64,000 bases of DNA from the human T2T-CHM13v2.0 reference genome, Homo sapiens. Below, one piece after another: positions 60,001 through 64,000 of the stretch. Position 1 is the first letter of the stretch, and the number at the start of each line of letters is the position of its first letter. The stretch is from NCBI RefSeq assembly GCF_009914755.1, contig NC_060932.1. The stretch is one strand, 5' to 3'. Made by a program: the position numbers and the translations under genes. A model generated the notes under the pieces. The model made no database searches. It saw only the letters and a list, made by a program, of their open reading frames with translations, and was not told the DNA's origin.

Positions 60001-63000
60001 AACAATTTGGTTGATAAGGCATAGATCCTGAACTAACTTATAAGGCTTGTCTGGTTTTAGGACAGGCAAAATGGAATTGTAAGAGGAGTTTATAGGCTTT
60101 AAAAGGCCATGCTGTAGCAGGCGAGTGATAACAGGCTTTAATCCTTTCAAAGCATGGTGTGGGATAGGATATTGGCATTGAGTGGGGTAAGGGTGATTAG
60201 GTTTTAATGAGATGGTAAGAGGTGCATGATTGGTCACCAAGGAGGGAGTAGAGATATCTTATACTTGTGGGTTAAGGTGGGGGGATACAAGAGGAGGACA
60301 CAAAGGAGGCTTTGGATTGGGAAGAAGGGCGGCAATGAGATGTAGCTGTAGTCCAGGAACAGTCAGGGAAGCAGATAATTTAGTTAAAGTGTCTCGGCCT
60401 AATAAGGGAACTGGGCAGGTGGAGATAACTAAAAAGGATTGCTTAAAAGAGTATTGTCTAAGTTGGCACCAGAGTTGGGGAGTTTTAAGAGATTTAGAAG
60501 CCTGGCCGTCAATACCCACAGCAGTTATGGAGGCAAGGGAAACAGGCCCTTGAAAAGAAGGTAATGTGGACTGGGTAGCCTCTGTATTGATTAAGAAGGG
60601 GACGGACTTACCCTCCACTGTGAGAGTTACCTAGAGTGTCTGTGATGGTCCTGTAGGCTTCCCAGGCAATCAGGCAGTGTCAGTCTTCAGGAGCTAAGCC
60701 AAGGAGATCTGGGAAGGAGTCAGTCAGAGAGCCTTGGGCCAGAGTTCCAGGGGCTCTGGGAGTGGCTGCCAGGTGAGTTGAACAGTCTGATTTCCAGTGG
60801 GGTCCCGCACAGATGGGACATGGCTTAGGAGGAATCCTGGGCTGTGGGCATTCATTGGCCCAGTGGCCAGATTTCTGGCACCTGTAGCAAGCTCCTGGGG
60901 GAGGAGGTCCTGGAGGAACTCCTGGCAGCTGTGGTTCAGGCGTTTGGAGTTCTTGTGTGCTGGAGATGTGGCTGGGATTTGTCTCACATTGGAGGCAAGT
61001 AATTGCAACTCAGAAATACATTGCTACTTGGCTGCCTCTACTCTATTATTGTACACCTTGAAGGTGAGGTTAATTAAGTCCTGTTGTGGGGTTTGAGGGC
61101 TGGAATTTAATTTTTGGAGTTTTATTTAATGTCAGGAGAGGATTGGGTAATAAAATGTGTATTGAGAATAAGACAGCCTTTTGACTTTTTAGGGTCTAGG
61201 GCTGTAAAGCGTCTCAGGGTTGCTGCCGAACGAGCCATGAACTGGGCTGGGTTTTTCATATTTGATGAAAGAGACTAAATGCTCACTGATTTGGGAGGGG
61301 TCTGATAAAGAAAAAGGAGCATTAACCTTGACTATGCCTTTAGCTTCAGCCACCTTTTTAAGAGGAAATTGCTGGGCAGGTGGGGAGGGCTACTCACAGA
61401 ATGAAACTGTAAACCGGACTGGGTGTGAGGAGGGTAGGTGATAAAAAGATTATAGGGTGGAGGAGTGGAGGCTGAGGAATAATTGGGACCTAGCTCGGCC
61501 TGGCGAGGAGCAGCCTGGGGAGGAGGGGAGAGGTCAGATGGGTCTGTAGAAAAGGCAGATTAGAAAGACTCAGTGACGCTTGGGGTTGGGACTGAGGGGA
61601 CAGGTGGGAGGGAAAGAAGGAAGATTTGGGATGAGTTGCACTGGGCACAAAGACTAGGGAGGAACTGATGTGTAAAAGAATGCCTGGACATCAGGCACCT
61701 CAGACCGTTTGCCCATTTTACAACAAGAATTATTTAGATCTTGCAGGATGGAAACAATTGAAAGGTGCCATTTTCTGGCTATTTGGAACCACTGTCGAGT
61801 TTGTATTGGGGTCAAGCGGCATTGCAGAAGAAAATAAGACATTTAGGTTTAGGTCAGGCAAGAGTTGAAGAGGTTTTATGTTCTTAAGAACATAGGCTAA
61901 GGGAGAAGATGGAGGAATGGAGGGTGGAAGGTTGCCTATAGTGAAGGAGGCAAGTTTAAAGAAAAGGGAGAGTAGAGACACGGAGGGAAGTGGTTTGGGG
62001 GTTCTTACCCTCCAGAAAAGCAGGAAAGGGGTTGGGGTCCAGAGATACGAGGTTGGGGCATGGAAATAAGGGATCAGGGTGCAGAGATATAAGAGGTTGG
62101 GGCATGGAAATAAGGGATCAGGGCACAGAGATGTGAGGTTGGGGTACTTGCCCCTCCCCCAGAAAAGCAGGACTTGCCACTAAGGGTGAAGGAGAAGGAG
62201 TTGGGGGTTTATTGCCCCCCAGAAAGGCAGAGAAGGGGTAGAGACATGGAGAGAAGGGGTTGGGGTACTTGCCCCTCCCCTAGAAAAGCAGGACTTGCCA
62301 CTAAGGGTGAAGGACCAAGGCAGGCGTCCCTGCGTGGCCTGACACCTCTGAAATGTGGGTGAATAATCAGAGAGGAATTCCTGCAATGATTAAACACCAA
62401 GGGAAGGCTGCCTTCCCAGTCCATGACTGGTGCCAGAGTTTTGGGTCCACAGATAAAACATGTCTCCTTTGTCTCTACCAGAAGATGAAAGGAATTGAAA
62501 TTAAGAGAAGGGAGAGATTGAAGTGTGGCGCCAAGATTGAAAGGAGAAAGAGGTTGAGAGATAGTGAGGGAGGTGGGAGAAGAGAGTAAAAAGAGGCTAC
62601 TTACCAGATTTGAAATTGGTGAGATGTTTCTGGGGCTGGTCGGTCTGAGGACCTGAGGTCGTAGGTGGATCTTTCTCATGGAGCAAAGAACAGGAGGACA
62701 GGGGATTGATCTCCCAAGGGAGGTCCCCCGATCTGAGTCACGGCATCAAATTTCATGCACGTCCAAGTGAAGAGACCACCAAACAGGCTTTGTGTGAGCA
62801 ACATGGCTGTTTATTTCACCTGGGTGCAGGTGGGCTGAGTCCGAAAAGAGTCAGTGAAGGGAGATAGGGGTGGGGCCGTTTTATAATATTTGGGTAGTTA
62901 AAGGAAAATTACAGTCAAAGGGGGTTGTTCTCTGGTGGGCAGGAGTGGGGGGTCACAAGGTACTCAGTGGGGGAGCTTTTGAGCCAGGATGAGCCAGGAG

Positions 63001-63162
63001 AAGGAATTTCACAAGACAATGTCATCAGTTAAGGCAGGAACAGGCCATTTTCACTTCTTTTGTGGTGGAATGTCATCAGTTAAGGCAGGAACCGGCCATC
63101 TGGATGTGTACGTGCAGGTCACAGGGGATATGATGGCTTAGCTTGGGCTCAGAGGCCTGACA
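57081..63162 (-). mobile_element. HERV-H provirus (6082 bp, env-deleted type): 5' LTR7 62751-63162, 3' LTR7 57081-57483
   Basis: Paired LTR7; His PBS tgatgccgtgactcagat (62731-62748); gag knuckle [14 protein letters not shown] (~60850-60892); protease FLINTEATQS; RT LDLKDVFF/QGFRDSP/YIDD; 5-bp TSD GTTTG (57076-57080, 63163-63167). Confidence 0.97.
58910..60618 (-). pseudogene. HERV-H pro/pol remnant (frameshifted; RT core in one open frame 58910-60022)
   Basis: ORFs 60259-60618, 59557-60240 and 58910-60022 carry successive protease and RT segments in different frames. Confidence 0.9.
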
Positions 63163-63966
63163 GTTTGAAATCAGGTACCGTGATCCCTCCAGGTTTGTTC
63201 TTTTTGCTTAGTCTTGTTTTGGCTATGCAGGCTCATTTTTGGTTCCATATGAATTTTAGGATTTTTTTTCTAGTTCTGTGAAGAATGATGGTGGTATTTT
63301 GATGGGAATTGCATTGAATTTATAGATCACTTTTGGCAGTATGGTCATTTTCTCAATATTGATTCTACCCATCCATGAGCATGGGATGTGTTTCCATTTG
63401 TTTGTGTCATCTATGATTTCTTTTAGCAGTGTTTTGTAGTTTTCCTTGTAGAGGTCTTTCACCTCCTTGGTTAGGAATATTCTGAAGTATTTCATTTTTT
63501 GCAGCTATTGTAAAAGGGGTTGAGCTCTTGATTTGATTCTCAGCTTGGTTGCTGTTGGTGTATAGCAGAGCTACTGATTTGTGTACATTAACTTTGTATC
63601 CTGAAATTTGCTAATTCACTTATCATTTATAGGAGCTTTTTGGAGGTGTCTTTAGGGTTTTCTAGGTATATGATCCTATCATCAACAAACAGTGACAGCT
63701 TGACTTCCTCTTTACTGGTTTGGATGCCCTTTGTTTTTTCTCTTTTCTAATTATTCTGGCTAGGACTTCCAGCACTATGTTGAATAGAAGTGGTGAGAGT
63801 GGGCATCTTTGTCTTGTTCCAGTTCTCAGAAGGAATGCTTTCAACTTTTACTCATTCAGTATTATGTTGGCTGTGGGTTTATCATAGATAGCTTTTATTA
63901 CATTGAGGTATGTCCCTTGTATGCCAATTTTGCTGAAGGTTTTAATCATAAAGGGATGCTGGATTT
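63163..63966 (-). mobile_element. Continuation of the L1PB-like ORF2
   Basis: [40 protein letters not shown]; [24 protein letters not shown]. Confidence 0.93.
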
Positions 63967-64000
63967 TGTAGGGTGCAGCCCTATGGGGCTTAGTGGGTGT
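63967..64000 (-). mobile_element. End of an ERVK-class LTR (LTR3/HML-6-like), cut by the window edge
   Basis: tgtagggtgcagccctatggggcttagtgggtgt abruptly interrupts L1 sequence. Confidence 0.65.

Noticed and set aside
62045-62310. Short direct repeats in the HERV-H leader and ~50-bp repeats in LTR7
   Set aside because: Normal features of HERV-H/LTR7

Overview
Human (primate) genomic DNA that I recognise as the 8q24.3 zinc-finger cluster. The one complete protein-coding gene is ZNF16 (minus strand): non-coding exon 1 in a CpG island (~53963-54040), coding exon 2 (48016-48220, ATG at 48211) and a large zinc-finger exon (CDS 32758-34610). Spliced, these give 2049 nt = 682 aa, with 15 canonical and 2 degenerate C2H2 fingers and no KRAB box. 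A second CpG island (~2580-4620) has minus-strand splice donors and is probably the promoter of the neighbouring gene (ZNF250, inferred from locus order only). Most of the rest is interspersed repeat: about 40 Alus, old L1/L2, a two-LTR THE1, MER21, ERV1/ERVL LTRs, a solo HERV-K LTR5 in ZNF16 intron 1, a 6.1-kb HERV-H provirus ~3 kb upstream of ZNF16, and 49-bp and 18/19-bp minisatellites. Best leads: (1) the co-oriented HERV-H has lost the poly(A) signal of its 3' LTR and has a consensus splice donor that would join a leader ATG in frame to ZNF16 exon 2; (2) a 58-bp inverted copy of a nearby L2 fragment replaces the 3' end of an Alu; (3) a tRNA-Leu(CAA) 3' half lies between duplicated LTR ends; (4) a possible decayed KRAB-A exon lies in ZNF16 intron 1. 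Repeat family names come from memory of consensus sequences, and many repeat boundaries are approximate.
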